A stretch of 64,000 nt of DNA from a virus. The notes beneath the pieces are model-generated. The model saw only the letters and a list, made by a program, of their open reading frames with translations, was not told the origin of the DNA and searched no databases. Each line of letters starts with the position of its first letter. Position 1 is the stretch's first letter. Positions 8,654 to 18,600 of the stretch are shown piece by piece. Where the stretch lies: positions 1 through 64,000 of IMG/VR virus record IMGVR_UViG_3300032288_001980. One strand, written 5' to 3'. The translations under genes and the position numbers were made by a program.

Positions 8654-9157
8654 ATGGCAAACCAACCTATAACATACAAGTATACCAGCACTAAAGAATA
8701 TGTAGACGCATTTCCCTGTGCTTATCGTCAGTGGCGAGCTGACAGTCACTGTAACTTAATTCACGGTTACAGTTTTTCAATGAAGTTCTACTTTGGTACT
8801 AATGATCTAGACGTTCGTAACTGGGCGGCTGACTATGGTGGCTTAAAAGAACTTAAAAAAATACTCGAAGATCAATTTGACCACACACTGATTGTGGCTC
8901 AAGATGATCCCGAACTAGAAACTTATAAACTGCTCCAAGAAAAGAAAATGGCCAAAATCGTTATTTTACCACGATTAGGCTGTGAGGGTTTGGCAGATCA
9001 GCTATATAAGTTTGTTAACGGAGTATACATACCTGATTACTGGGGTCCTAGTGAAGCCGAACGTCTATGGTGCTATCGCGTAGAAGTACGCGAGACACAG
9101 GCAAATATGGCTTTCCGTGAGGGGCATCGGGAGTGGGGTGAAGATTTGTTTAATTAA
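8654..9157 (+). CDS. queD: 6-carboxy-5,6,7,8-tetrahydropterin synthase (6-pyruvoyl-tetrahydropterin synthase family)
   Basis: HCNLIHGYSF, FDHT, CEGLA, VEVRET; strong AAGGAG SD. Confidence 0.88.
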   Translation: MANQPITYKYTSTKEYVDAFPCAYRQWRADSHCNLIHGYSFSMKFYFGTNDLDVRNWAADYGGLKELKKILEDQFDHTLIVAQDDPELETYKLLQEKKMAKIVILPRLGCEGLADQLYKFVNGVYIPDYWGPSEAERLWCYRVEVRETQANMAFREGHREWGEDLFN

Positions 9158-9169
9158 AAGGAGAACATT

Positions 9170-9793
9170 ATGTTAGACAAAATTTTGGCCGGCGTTGACC
9201 GGGCACTTGCTTACAAATTAATGTTAGCGCACATCGTTATTATTGCAATTAGCAATTATATCGTTCAATTCAAGTTTGATTTCTTTGGCAATCCTATTGC
9301 ATGGGCGGCGTTTACGTTTCCATTGGTAGTTGTATTAACTGACTTAACAGTTAGACTGTTAGGTAAAGAAACAGGTCGTGCAGTAATTACCTTAGCTTTT
9401 ATTCCTGCTATTCTAGTAAGTATGGCAGTAGTTAAGTTAGGCGGTGCACCTGACTCTGTGGCTTTCCGCATCGGACTAGGATCTGGTGTTGCTTATTTTA
9501 TTAGCAATTTGTTAGATGTGTACGTTTTCCAGTACTTTAGAGAAAAATACCAAACATGGTGGATCGCCCCTACATTGAGTGCAGTAGCCAGTACATTCAT
9601 TGACACTTATGTATTCTTCTTTACAGCGTTCTACAAAGGTGCTAACGAATTCATGGCCGCTAACTGGCACATTGTTGCTACTAACAACAGTATCAGCAAA
9701 ATCCTTGTAAGTCTGTTAGTAATTTTACCCGCTTATGGCGTGTTATTAAATTACCTACAACAACGATTAAGCAAACAAGAACCCTCTAACTAA
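9170..9793 (+). CDS. yhhQ: preQ0/preQ1 (7-deazaguanine) transporter, YhhQ/VUT family
   Basis: Six hydrophobic segments; HIVIIAISNYIVQ, WAAFTFP, TDLTVRLLG, LDVYVF, IDT match the YhhQ pattern. Confidence 0.88.
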   Translation: MLDKILAGVDRALAYKLMLAHIVIIAISNYIVQFKFDFFGNPIAWAAFTFPLVVVLTDLTVRLLGKETGRAVITLAFIPAILVSMAVVKLGGAPDSVAFRIGLGSGVAYFISNLLDVYVFQYFREKYQTWWIAPTLSAVASTFIDTYVFFFTAFYKGANEFMAANWHIVATNNSISKILVSLLVILPAYGVLLNYLQQRLSKQEPSN

Positions 9794-10977
9794 TGACTAA
9801 GCGAGTATTAGTGATCGGAGCAGGCATTACGGGTGTAATGTCTGCTTATTTTGCGGCAAAAAAAGGGTACGCAGTAACAGTTGTCGACCAAGAACGATAT
9901 GCTGGTATGCGTACTAGTTTTGCCAATGGCGGACAAATTAGTGTCAGTAACAGCGAAGTATGGACTACTCACAGCAATGTCCTAAAAGGCATTAAGTGGA
10001 TGTTCAAAAAAGATGCTCCATTACTGTTTAGACTATGGCGATTAGATTGGCCGATGTGGCGCTGGATTGCAAAATTTCTTTATTACACTTATACTGGTGC
10101 TTATCGAGCAAACACAGAACAAACAATTAAATTAGGTTTAGAATCTCGTAAATTGTATGATGTAATATGTGCAGAAGAAAAAATTAAGTTTGATAGAGAC
10201 AACTGCGGCATAGTACATTTTTATAAATCAGAAAATTATTGGCAATCTGCTGTATCTGCAACCGAGTTATACGCAGACAACGGTTTAGATCGAGTTGAGA
10301 TTCCCGTTGAACAAATGACTAAGTTAGATCCTAGCTTAAGAGACATTCAAGATTGTGTGGGTGCAACCTTTACGGCCAGTGATTGGACCGGTGACATACA
10401 TAAATTTTGCTATGAGTTAATGGATATACTGGAAAAGAAATATCAGGTTGTATTTCATAACACATGTAAAGTCAATTCATTAACTGCATATTCAACAGCA
10501 TTTGATGCTGTAATTGTTTCAGCAGGAGTAGGCAGTGAACAGTTGGCCAACAGCGTGGGTGATAGATTAGACGTTTACCCTGTAAAAGGATATAGCATTA
10601 CAATTAATAATGTAAAACCTCCGGCTGTAAGTTTATTAGATGATGAAGCTAAAATTGTTACTAGCAGTTTAGGTAATAGATTTAGAGTTGCCGGCACTGC
10701 CGAATTGGCCGGCGAAAACTATGATATTAGACGAGACAGAATCGAGCCTTTGTTAAATTGGGTTCATGAAAACTTTCCTAACATGAACACACACGACTAC
10801 AGTCAATGGGCTTGTCTAAGACCAATGACACCAAACATGATGCCCGTTGTTAAAAAGAGCACCAATAATCAAAAAGTATTTTATAATACTGGTCATGGTC
10901 ACTTGGGTTGGACTTTGGCACCTGTTACAGCCAAACAAGTAGTAGAACTAATAGACGCTGATAATGAAAATAGATAA
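9793..10977 (+). CDS. dadA: D-amino acid dehydrogenase (FAD)
   Basis: VIGAGITG, TSFANGGQIS, YPVKGYS, WACLRPMTP, NTGHGHLGWT. Confidence 0.88.
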   Translation: MTKRVLVIGAGITGVMSAYFAAKKGYAVTVVDQERYAGMRTSFANGGQISVSNSEVWTTHSNVLKGIKWMFKKDAPLLFRLWRLDWPMWRWIAKFLYYTYTGAYRANTEQTIKLGLESRKLYDVICAEEKIKFDRDNCGIVHFYKSENYWQSAVSATELYADNGLDRVEIPVEQMTKLDPSLRDIQDCVGATFTASDWTGDIHKFCYELMDILEKKYQVVFHNTCKVNSLTAYSTAFDAVIVSAGVGSEQLANSVGDRLDVYPVKGYSITINNVKPPAVSLLDDEAKIVTSSLGNRFRVAGTAELAGENYDIRRDRIEPLLNWVHENFPNMNTHDYSQWACLRPMTPNMMPVVKKSTNNQKVFYNTGHGHLGWTLAPVTAKQVVELIDADNENR

Positions 10978-11260
10978 AATATATTCAAGTTCTCCTGATA
11001 TTACAAGTCCATATCAATTGCCTTTTATACATTGCTTAGAAGGTAATGGTATAAATCAAATGACATTACAGTGGTGCGAAAAACATACATTAGGCAAATG
11101 GGCTTACTGGTTTGATCGACAACATTGCCTAGACAATTGGGATATGACTGCTCAAATCGCTTATATTGGTTTTACAAATAGTATAGATCTTTTTATGTTT
11201 AGAATATCTGCACCAGACACTATAACTGACCGACAAAACCTTAGTAAAATAATAATCTAA
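10964..11260 (+). CDS. Hypothetical protein, distant F-x-L-R-W-like
   Basis: WCEKHTLGKWAYW...FTNSIDLFMFRI. Confidence 0.65.
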   Translation: MKIDKIYSSSPDITSPYQLPFIHCLEGNGINQMTLQWCEKHTLGKWAYWFDRQHCLDNWDMTAQIAYIGFTNSIDLFMFRISAPDTITDRQNLSKIII

Positions 11261-11532
11261 TGCTAATAGCAATACATTACATGAGCGAACTACCAGACGA
11301 ATTTGAAATAGTCGTGGGATTACTATTAGATAAATTTCTAGGCGAACGACTAGAGCATCTAAACGAGTGCCAACTTAGCTATCGTACTAGTACTGTACAA
11401 CATCACTACGCAGTCAAACTAGAAATATTTGCAGAGTTCCCAACAAAAAATGATGAATTTTTGTATAGATTAAAATATCCAGAACCAAAAAGAGTTGGTA
11501 TACCGCTGGGCCGGGATAACGAATATACTTAA
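11260..11532 (+). CDS. Hypothetical protein
   Basis: TAATG overlap; FPTKNDEFLYRLKY tail resembles the small family. Confidence 0.65.
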   Translation: MLIAIHYMSELPDEFEIVVGLLLDKFLGERLEHLNECQLSYRTSTVQHHYAVKLEIFAEFPTKNDEFLYRLKYPEPKRVGIPLGRDNEYT

Positions 11533-11543
11533 TAAATATTTTT

Positions 11544-11690
11544 ATGCTAAAAGTGATTCAAGGCACCAAAGCTCAAGATCAGAGCTCAAAAAGATCAAAC
11601 AAAGTATTAGATATTAATAATCGCTTACGTCGAAAAAAGCTAAAAGTTATTGAACAAAAAAACGATAACAGCTCAAATAAGGCCAAGTGA
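11544..11690 (+). CDS. Unlisted 48-aa basic protein (MLKVIQGTK...)
   Basis: Open frame filling the gap; TAAATA at 11533-11538, 5 nt before ATG. Confidence 0.5.
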   Translation: MLKVIQGTKAQDQSSKRSNKVLDINNRLRRKKLKVIEQKNDNSSNKAK

Positions 11691-11729
11691 CTACTTGATA
11701 AATAAAATACATATATAATGGAGGCAGAC

Positions 11730-12209
11730 ATGCTATCAAAATTATCAGCTTTTTTAAAAGGCATTATCAGCGGTAAAACAGAAGTTGTTGAACAACCCGC
11801 TAAACAGGTACAACAAGATCCCATGACGGGAATTATTGTTGCACCACAACCTCAGCCAGCAACTACGCCAATTCCGCTGGTCCCTGAGCAAAACAATGCT
11901 GGTTGGCCCTTCCCTAAGCCAGAAGAAAAACCAGCAGAAACTAAAACAGCAAAGAAAAAGCCAGCGGCTATGAAAGCTCCAGCTAAAAAAGCTCCAGCTA
12001 AAACGTCGGCACCTGCAAAAACTGCAACTCCAAAAAAAAAGGCAGAAGCAGTAAAGGTAACACCGATAGTAATAAAAGCCAAAGTTGATCCTGCTAGCTT
12101 AGAAGGAAAAACCAAAGTCGAACTATTGGCACTGGCTAAATCAAAAGGTATCAAAGTAAGTCCTCGTATGGGCAAGGCTGCATTGGTAAAAAGAATAGTT
12201 GGGCAATAA
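11730..12209 (+). CDS. Lys/Ala/Pro-rich (histone-H1-like) protein with a C-terminal Rho-N/HeH domain
   Basis: KKPAAMKAPAKKAPAK repeats; KTKVELLALAKSKGIKVSPRMGKAALVKRI; GGAGG SD before ATG 11730. Confidence 0.7.
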   Translation: MLSKLSAFLKGIISGKTEVVEQPAKQVQQDPMTGIIVAPQPQPATTPIPLVPEQNNAGWPFPKPEEKPAETKTAKKKPAAMKAPAKKAPAKTSAPAKTATPKKKAEAVKVTPIVIKAKVDPASLEGKTKVELLALAKSKGIKVSPRMGKAALVKRIVGQ

Positions 12210-12215
12210 GTTGCA

Positions 12216-12244
12216 TTGACAAACAGACACAAACACAGTATAAT
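12216..12244 (+). promoter_or_regulatory. Consensus sigma70 promoter
   Basis: TTGACA 12216-12221, 17 nt, TATAAT 12239-12244; ATG 6 nt later. Confidence 0.85.
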
Positions 12245-12250
12245 TTAACG

Positions 12251-12700
12251 ATGAAACAAATTGACCTTAACAAATACCAACAATTCGTAGAAGCTGTTAC
12301 TAGCAAGCCTAGCAATGACTTAACTACGTTTATAGACCAGTGCGATCGCTTGGATGCAAACTATGAACGGTTTGAAGGCGAGACAGAATCAAGACATGGA
12401 CCAGATATCAATGTGCCATTGTTGCTTACTGCCTGTTTGGGACTGGCCTCAGAATCGGGCGAGTTCATTGAAATCCCTAAAAAAATATTTTTCCAAGGCA
12501 AACCGCTGAACGAAGAAAACCTATTTCACATGAAACGGGAATTGGGTGATATCATGTGGTACTGGATTAATGCCTGTCGTGCTTTGCATCTTGACCCCAA
12601 TGACGTCATTGCCGAAAACGTAAAAAAGTTAGAAGCACGTTACCCAGGTGGTAGTTTTGATGCTTACTACAGTGAAAATCGTAAAACAGGTGACCTATGA
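12251..12700 (+). CDS. MazG-like nucleotide pyrophosphohydrolase
   Basis: GLASESGEFIEIPKK and RELGDIMWY ExxE/ExxD motifs; ENVKKLEARYP. Confidence 0.88.
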   Translation: MKQIDLNKYQQFVEAVTSKPSNDLTTFIDQCDRLDANYERFEGETESRHGPDINVPLLLTACLGLASESGEFIEIPKKIFFQGKPLNEENLFHMKRELGDIMWYWINACRALHLDPNDVIAENVKKLEARYPGGSFDAYYSENRKTGDL

Positions 12701-12897
12701 TCGATGCACGTGATCTCAGTTACAAGTTACTAGACCTGTGGAGAGAACGTGCCATGATTCATAACGATGCGGCTGCAATTGCAAAGAAAAAAATTATACA
12801 GCCTGTGTTAGTACAAACCGATTCGGGTACATTTGTAGTATCCGACGTTGAACTAACAGAACAGGGTATTGTATTAAAGTTAGGAGATAGACAATGA
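12697..12897 (+). CDS. Hypothetical protein
   Basis: ATGA overlaps on both sides. Confidence 0.7.
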   Translation: MIDARDLSYKLLDLWRERAMIHNDAAAIAKKKIIQPVLVQTDSGTFVVSDVELTEQGIVLKLGDRQ

Positions 12898-13142
12898 GTT
12901 ATGGTATGCATTTTGATGCTAGTGGTTTTTCAATAGAAGAACTAATGCAAAAAGAAATAGAATTCCGTAAAAAACTCATGACTGCTCAAAATGCTGGTGC
13001 TAATCCACATATACTGGGACAGTTTGAAATGATTCTAGAAGACATCCGTTTGGCTATGAGCGAAAAAATGATGTTGGAAAAATTTCAAAGAGAAGAATCA
13101 GGTAAAAAGGACGACTTCGATGACAGCCTTAGCATCGGTTAA
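12894..13142 (+). CDS. Hypothetical helical protein
   Basis: Part of an overlapping operon. Confidence 0.7.
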   Translation: MSYGMHFDASGFSIEELMQKEIEFRKKLMTAQNAGANPHILGQFEMILEDIRLAMSEKMMLEKFQREESGKKDDFDDSLSIG

Positions 13143-13647
13143 ACAAGACAGTGTTGGCCGCATCAGTATCGGTCATAATGAACTGTTTGAATTAGTTTAT
13201 CAAGGAAACAGTAAACAATTAACCGTTAAGCCCACTGCTGAAATAGTCGACTTTGAAAGACTGTGCAAAACATACGGAGTTTCTTTTAATTACAACTTAA
13301 AAGATACTTCAAGTATGTCAGATAAAGAATACGTAGAGTATTGCGTAAGTAATTGGAATATGCCTGACCAGTATATTCAATTAGACTTAGATAAGTATTT
13401 TGCCGCTAAAATTTCTTCTGTTGAACAAGCAGAACGTGTAAGTTTAGAACTGGCAATGTTTGAAGAACGTGGACTATTAATTGTTTTACGTTTTATAGTT
13501 TATCTAGTGGATACTATGAGAAAACACAATATAGTGTGGGGTGTAGGTCGCGGTAGTAGTATTGCTAGTTATTGCTTGTACCTAATAGGTCTGCATAAAG
13601 TAGACAGCATTAAGTACCAACTAGATATTAAGGAGTTTTTGAAATGA
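13120..13647 (+). CDS. Stand-alone fragment of a DNA polymerase III alpha subunit (split DnaE)
   Basis: ELAMFEERG...GVGRGSSIASYCLYLIGLHKVDSIKYQL is the DnaE GRGS segment; only 175 aa. Confidence 0.8.
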   Translation: MTALASVKQDSVGRISIGHNELFELVYQGNSKQLTVKPTAEIVDFERLCKTYGVSFNYNLKDTSSMSDKEYVEYCVSNWNMPDQYIQLDLDKYFAAKISSVEQAERVSLELAMFEERGLLIVLRFIVYLVDTMRKHNIVWGVGRGSSIASYCLYLIGLHKVDSIKYQLDIKEFLK

Positions 13648-14018
13648 ATAGACATAAAACAGCAAGAGGCCGTGAGTTTAACATGGCTGCATTTTCTGCA
13701 CAGCAGGGAGATACAATTGCTGTGGGTAATACTCTTCGAAATGCAAGAGGTGACGTAATTGACAAATATGGAAAAGTTATAAAGACCGCAAAAGAAATCC
13801 AAGAAGCATATTATAACCGAAATCCTAATGCTGTTAAAAAAGTCAGCATTAAAGAAGATGGCACTTTGCCCACTGTTGATGTAGAAGTTCCGCCCGAAGA
13901 TATAGTAGCAGAAGTAAAAGAATATGTTAACGAACAAGGAAACGAAGTTGTTGAACGTACTTTTGCCGACGGTAGTGTTGAGTTAGAAGAAAAACCTACT
14001 AAATCTAAAAAGAAGTAA
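13644..14018 (+). CDS. Conserved-looking phage hypothetical protein
   Basis: KTARGREFNM...NARGD; acidic C-terminus. Confidence 0.7.
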   Translation: MNRHKTARGREFNMAAFSAQQGDTIAVGNTLRNARGDVIDKYGKVIKTAKEIQEAYYNRNPNAVKKVSIKEDGTLPTVDVEVPPEDIVAEVKEYVNEQGNEVVERTFADGSVELEEKPTKSKKK

Positions 14019-14034
14019 TTAAGGATAGACACAG

Positions 14035-14379
14035 ATGACAATTAAAGATTTACATCCGTTACCGGATACAATTTTAGGCCGCGTATTATTTGGCGAAAGA
14101 ACTACCGCCAGCGGCATTGTTCTTAGAGACGACAACGGCAAAGACGAAGGAATTCGTCCTCGTTGGGCCAAAATTTGGAAAGTGGGATCTAACGTAACAG
14201 ATGTTAAGCCTGGTGACTGGGTATTAGTAGAACACGGACGTTGGAGTTTTGTTAGTAAAATAGACTTAGCGGGTGTTAGTAATGAATTTGAATTTCATAG
14301 AATCGATCCTAAGTGTATTATGATGATCCACGAAGGCGGCAAGCCTGCAGATGTAATGGAAGATATCACAGACTTTTAA
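14035..14379 (+). CDS. groES: Co-chaperonin GroES (Cpn10)
   Basis: LHPLPDTIL, TTASGIVL mobile loop, VGSNVTDVKPGDWVL. Confidence 0.85.
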   Translation: MTIKDLHPLPDTILGRVLFGERTTASGIVLRDDNGKDEGIRPRWAKIWKVGSNVTDVKPGDWVLVEHGRWSFVSKIDLAGVSNEFEFHRIDPKCIMMIHEGGKPADVMEDITDF

Positions 14380-14956
14380 CTACTTCATCTAGTAACTTAA
14401 AATCAGCAATAGTCCAAGTAACTATAACTCGCCGATCCCTAGTTTCATTAACTACACAATGAGGCAAAGTCGTTCTAAACAAACAGGCTTTGCCTTTTTC
14501 ACTGTCTAATGTATATTCAGCAATAGGCACTTTTTTGCCCATAATAGTAAAATATCCGTAATTAGCTTCACCCATAAAATTTACATAGTAAGGACCTGGT
14601 AAGTCAAACCATACAGTTGATGCGCCCGGGCCACAGTTGTTAATGGGAAAATTAAAAGAACAATTTCTAGGAGCATCAATATGCGATACTGGTATAGTAC
14701 CAGCATGGGTAATAGAAAAAGTCACTATCTCTGAAAGAAACGGATATTTTTCCCTAACTTGTATGAAAAATTCATCACTGGTATAGTGACAAGTATCGCC
14801 TAACTTATTCCACATAATATCTGAATACTTGTTGTATAACCTTGATTGTTCTTCTTGACTGATGTAAAAGTCCGGCACTTCGTAATAGTATAAGTCGTGG
14901 CGGCACTGTATGTTTTTAGTGTCTATAGTGGGATTATGTTGTTGGTTCTTGCTCAC
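14366..14956 (-). CDS. Small 2OG-Fe(II)/cupin-like protein
   Basis: SHIDAPR (HxD), SFNFPI, LPHCVVN, RRVIVTW; start uncertain. Confidence 0.6.
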   Translation of the reverse strand: MSKNQQHNPTIDTKNIQCRHDLYYYEVPDFYISQEEQSRLYNKYSDIMWNKLGDTCHYTSDEFFIQVREKYPFLSEIVTFSITHAGTIPVSHIDAPRNCSFNFPINNCGPGASTVWFDLPGPYYVNFMGEANYGYFTIMGKKVPIAEYTLDSEKGKACLFRTTLPHCVVNETRDRRVIVTWTIADFKLLDEVVKSL

Positions 14957-15518
14957 GATAATCTAACTTTTCTAATTTATTAAAAGCCGATACTGCTTGA
15001 TCAAAAGGATCCATTATGCTCCAACTCATTAACAATCGATTAGTGCTACCTTTATTTAAAACAGCATGTGGTTTTAGAACATTAAAAATGCAAGGCTGCG
15101 TAAATTGAAATCTAAACTTTTCTTTTAATGGACCCGATATTGAAACGATATTATTTTTTGGATCATAGGTATACTCGTTAACATCATCGTTGGGGTCTTC
15201 AAAGAAGATTGTATCTGTTTTATCAGTGCAATTCTGTAAAGGTACATTTAATGCACATTTCCTATCAAAACTAGTTTTACTCGAAGTATCCCAGTGAGGT
15301 GGCCAATATTTACTGGTAGTGGTCCAGAAGAAACTTACATATTTGGCCAGCCCGGGTATTCTTTCACGTAGATAAATTAAGTAAGGATCTACAATGTAAG
15401 GCAAAAGAAGAAAAGGTTGGCCTGGAGCCCTTTTACGAAAATAAATCCCTAATATTCTTTCAGTATCTAAACCAATGTCCAGTTCATGGACAAATTCGTT
15501 GTCAATTAAGTTTTTCAT
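14934..15518 (-). CDS. Small 2OG-Fe(II)/cupin-like protein
   Basis: PHWDT (HxD), CALNVPL, KPHAVLN, RLLMSW; tandem paralogue of the ORF ending at 14366. Confidence 0.65.
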   Translation of the reverse strand: MKNLIDNEFVHELDIGLDTERILGIYFRKRAPGQPFLLLPYIVDPYLIYLRERIPGLAKYVSFFWTTTSKYWPPHWDTSSKTSFDRKCALNVPLQNCTDKTDTIFFEDPNDDVNEYTYDPKNNIVSISGPLKEKFRFQFTQPCIFNVLKPHAVLNKGSTNRLLMSWSIMDPFDQAVSAFNKLEKLDYREQEPTT

Positions 15519-15570
15519 ATGATAGTTAAAACTGTATTTATTTTCTTATTTTGGTGAAATTTTTTGCTAT

Positions 15571-15599
15571 TCAAATTTTGAATAAATACAAAATATTGA
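15571..15599 (+). promoter_or_regulatory. TAAATA late-type promoter in the loop of an inverted repeat, upstream of the tail fibre gene
   Basis: TCAAATTTTG / CAAAATATTGA arms around AATAAATA (TAAATA 15583-15588). Confidence 0.55.
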
Positions 15600-15615
15600 T
15601 TGGATTCAACTGCAT

Positions 15616-18600
15616 ATGGCATATATTATTAATTTAACAGACGGTAGCGTACTTTTAACAGTACAAGACGGGGAAATTAACGAATCAACTAGTGTGGCTC
15701 TTGTAGGCAGAAATGCAACTACATACGGTGAAAAAGTAATGGAAAACACCGTACACATGCTAGAAAATTTTGCTAGTTCTACGGCTCCCACAAATCCTTT
15801 GGCTGGCCAGCTATGGTATAGAAAGGACGTTGATGATCCCAAACTAAGCGGATTAAAAGTTTACGATCAGGGTTCGTGGAGAACACTGGGCAAGATTACC
15901 GTTAGCTCAAGTTTACCACAAGATGACCCCGGCTATACGCCAGTTATCGGTGATATGTGGTTTAGTCCATCCACAGGTAATTTATATGCATGGTATACCA
16001 AAGACGGTTCTACTAATTTCCACTTAGTCACCGGCGGGGGCGGCGGTGGAGGAGGTGGGGGTGGCGGTGGAGGAGGTGGAATTGACCTTCCTACTTTGCT
16101 GACATTGTTAGATGGTGCCCTAACCGAAAATCAATTAGCAGATAGTTTTATTCAGGATTTAAATCAAAAATTTGCAGATGAAGCCCAAAACCGCATTGCG
16201 GGCCTGGCCGCAGAAGCTCAAAACAGAGTTAGTGCAATCAATGCTGAGGCCGCCGCAAGAAATACAGCATTACAGCAAGAAACCAATGCTAGAAATAATG
16301 CTATTGCTGCCGAATCACAAGCTAGAGCACTTGCACTAGCCGCTGAAGCAACTACTCGCAACCAACAAATAGTTACAGAAGCAAATGCACGTATTGCGGG
16401 TATTACTGCCGAGGCGCAAAATAGAGCAACTGCATTAGCCGCTGAAGCAACTGCTCGTAATACAGCCATTACAAATCAAGCCAGTACTTTTAACGCGGCA
16501 CTAGCAGCCGAAGCGGCAGCACGTGGTGCGGCGATTACAACCGAGCAACAACAAAGACAAACAGCTACTGACAGTCTAGCACAGCAAATTACTACACTTA
16601 CAGCTAGTGTTAATAATAGTGTTGCAGGCTTGCAAACTACACAAAATACACAAGCAACTGCGATCAGCGCACAAGCTCAACAAATCACTCAATTAACTGC
16701 TAGAACTAGCACCGCAGAAGCTAACATTATTGCAGAGACTACAGCTAGAACAACAGCCGACACTAGTTTGACTAATCAAATTAATACGTTAAGTGCCAGT
16801 GTTGGCGCTAATGCGGCTGCAATTCAAACAGAACAGACTGCTAGAGCTAATGCTGTAGAAAGTCTTGCTGAACAAATTACAACATTGAGTGCCAGCACTG
16901 ATGATAGTATTGCCCAACTCCAAGATCAAATTACTGCGGTAACTGGCGGAGACAGTAGTTTAGTACAGACAGTTCAGACACTAGTAGCTCAAACTGCGGC
17001 TAATACCAGTGCTATTACCAATGAACAAAGTGCTAGAACAAATGCTGATAGCAGTTTGACTAATCAGATTAATACTCTAAGTGCAACTACAGCAGGTAAT
17101 ACTGCGGCTATCCAAGCAGAAGCTACTGCTCGTAGCAATGGAGATGAAACCCTTACTACACAAATTAACAACCAGGCTGCACAGTTTAATACTAGTTTAG
17201 CTGGAATCCAAAGTATCCAAACTAGTCAAGCCAGTGACTTAAATGCATTGGCTACAGATATACAAACTTTAACTGCCAGCGTTGGTACAGCAAATGCGGC
17301 TATTCAAACAGAAGCCAGTACTAGAGCTAGTGCTGATACTAGTTTAGCCAATCAAATTACAACTATCAGCAGTAGTTTTGGTAATAGTATTGCTGAATTA
17401 CAAACGCAAATTAATACTATGACTGGTAGTGATACTAGTTTAGTACAGCAACTTAATACATTAACTGCGGCAGTTGGTACCAACGCCACTGCTATTACAA
17501 CAGAAGCTACTAGCAGAGCAACAGCCGACAGCGCACTGAGCACAAGAATCGATACGCTACAATCAACTGTTGATGGAAATACTGCGGCTATCACAGCGGA
17601 GGCAACAACTCGTGCTACTTCTGACAGCAGTTTAACTACTCAAATTAATGCGGCAGTAGCCAAAGCAGATAATGCACTAGCTGGTATTGTAACCGAAGCA
17701 CAAACTCGTGCCAGCGCAGATAATGCATTAAGTACACAAATTACTACACTAAGTTCTGAAGTTGATGATGCATTTGCAGCCATTCAAACTGAAGCTACTA
17801 CAAGGGCCAATGCCGACAGCAGTTTATCACAACAAATTACCACATTAACTTCTAGCACAAATACCAGCCTAGCACAAGTCAATACTAATATTCAAACAGA
17901 AACTACTGCTAGAGAAGCATTAGCAAGCCAAGTTACAACATTAAGCACCAGCGTTGCTAACGCACAAACAGCTATTCAAAACGAAGTTACTGCTAGAACA
18001 TCAGCCGACAGTGCGCTGACTCAAAGCATTAACTTACTAGGTAGTGTAGTTGACCAAAATACTGCGGCCATTCAAGCAGAACAAACAGCACGTAGCGATG
18101 CTATTAGCAGTCTTGCTACTAGTGTTAACAGTTTGGTTGCTAGCTCTGGTAGTAAAATTTATCGTCAAAGCACGAGCCCTAATACAGGAATTGCCAAAGA
18201 AGGCGATTTGTGGTTTGACACTTCCAATGGAAACAGAGCTTACTATTTTAACAGTAGTACTAACCAATGGGTAGTTACAGACGATACACGTATTGCCGCA
18301 ACAGCCGCTGGCCTAGTAACAGAACAAACTGCACGTACTACTGCTGACAGTGCATTAAGCAGTCAGATTACTACACTGACCAGTACAGTCAACGGTCACA
18401 GTACAAGTATTCAAACGTTGGCCAGCACAACTGACGGCCTAAGTGCTCAGTATGCTATTAAAGTTGACAACAACGGTTATATCAGTGGCTTCGGCCTAGC
18501 CAGCACTAGTGCCAATGGTACTCCAACTAGTGCATTCGTTATTCAAGCAGATACATTTAGTTTGTATAAAGCTGGTGCGGCCAGTCCTATTGCTCCTTTT

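Noticed and set aside
13120-13647. Split intein in the DnaE fragment
   Set aside because: No Cys/Ser-initiated intein N-terminal block follows the extein; the ORF simply stops
16033-16080. G-rich tract as a phase-variation homopolymer or functional G-quadruplex
   Set aside because: The longest G run is only five and synonymous Gly codons are mixed, which fits selection for a flexible hinge; a G4 role cannot be supported from sequence alone
16200-18420. Long quasi-periodic repeats (ACTGCTAGA..., CAAATTACT...) that could suggest a CRISPR or other DNA array
   Set aside because: The periodicity is a multiple of three, degenerate at wobble positions and fully explained by helical protein repeats; there are no invariant repeats with unique spacers
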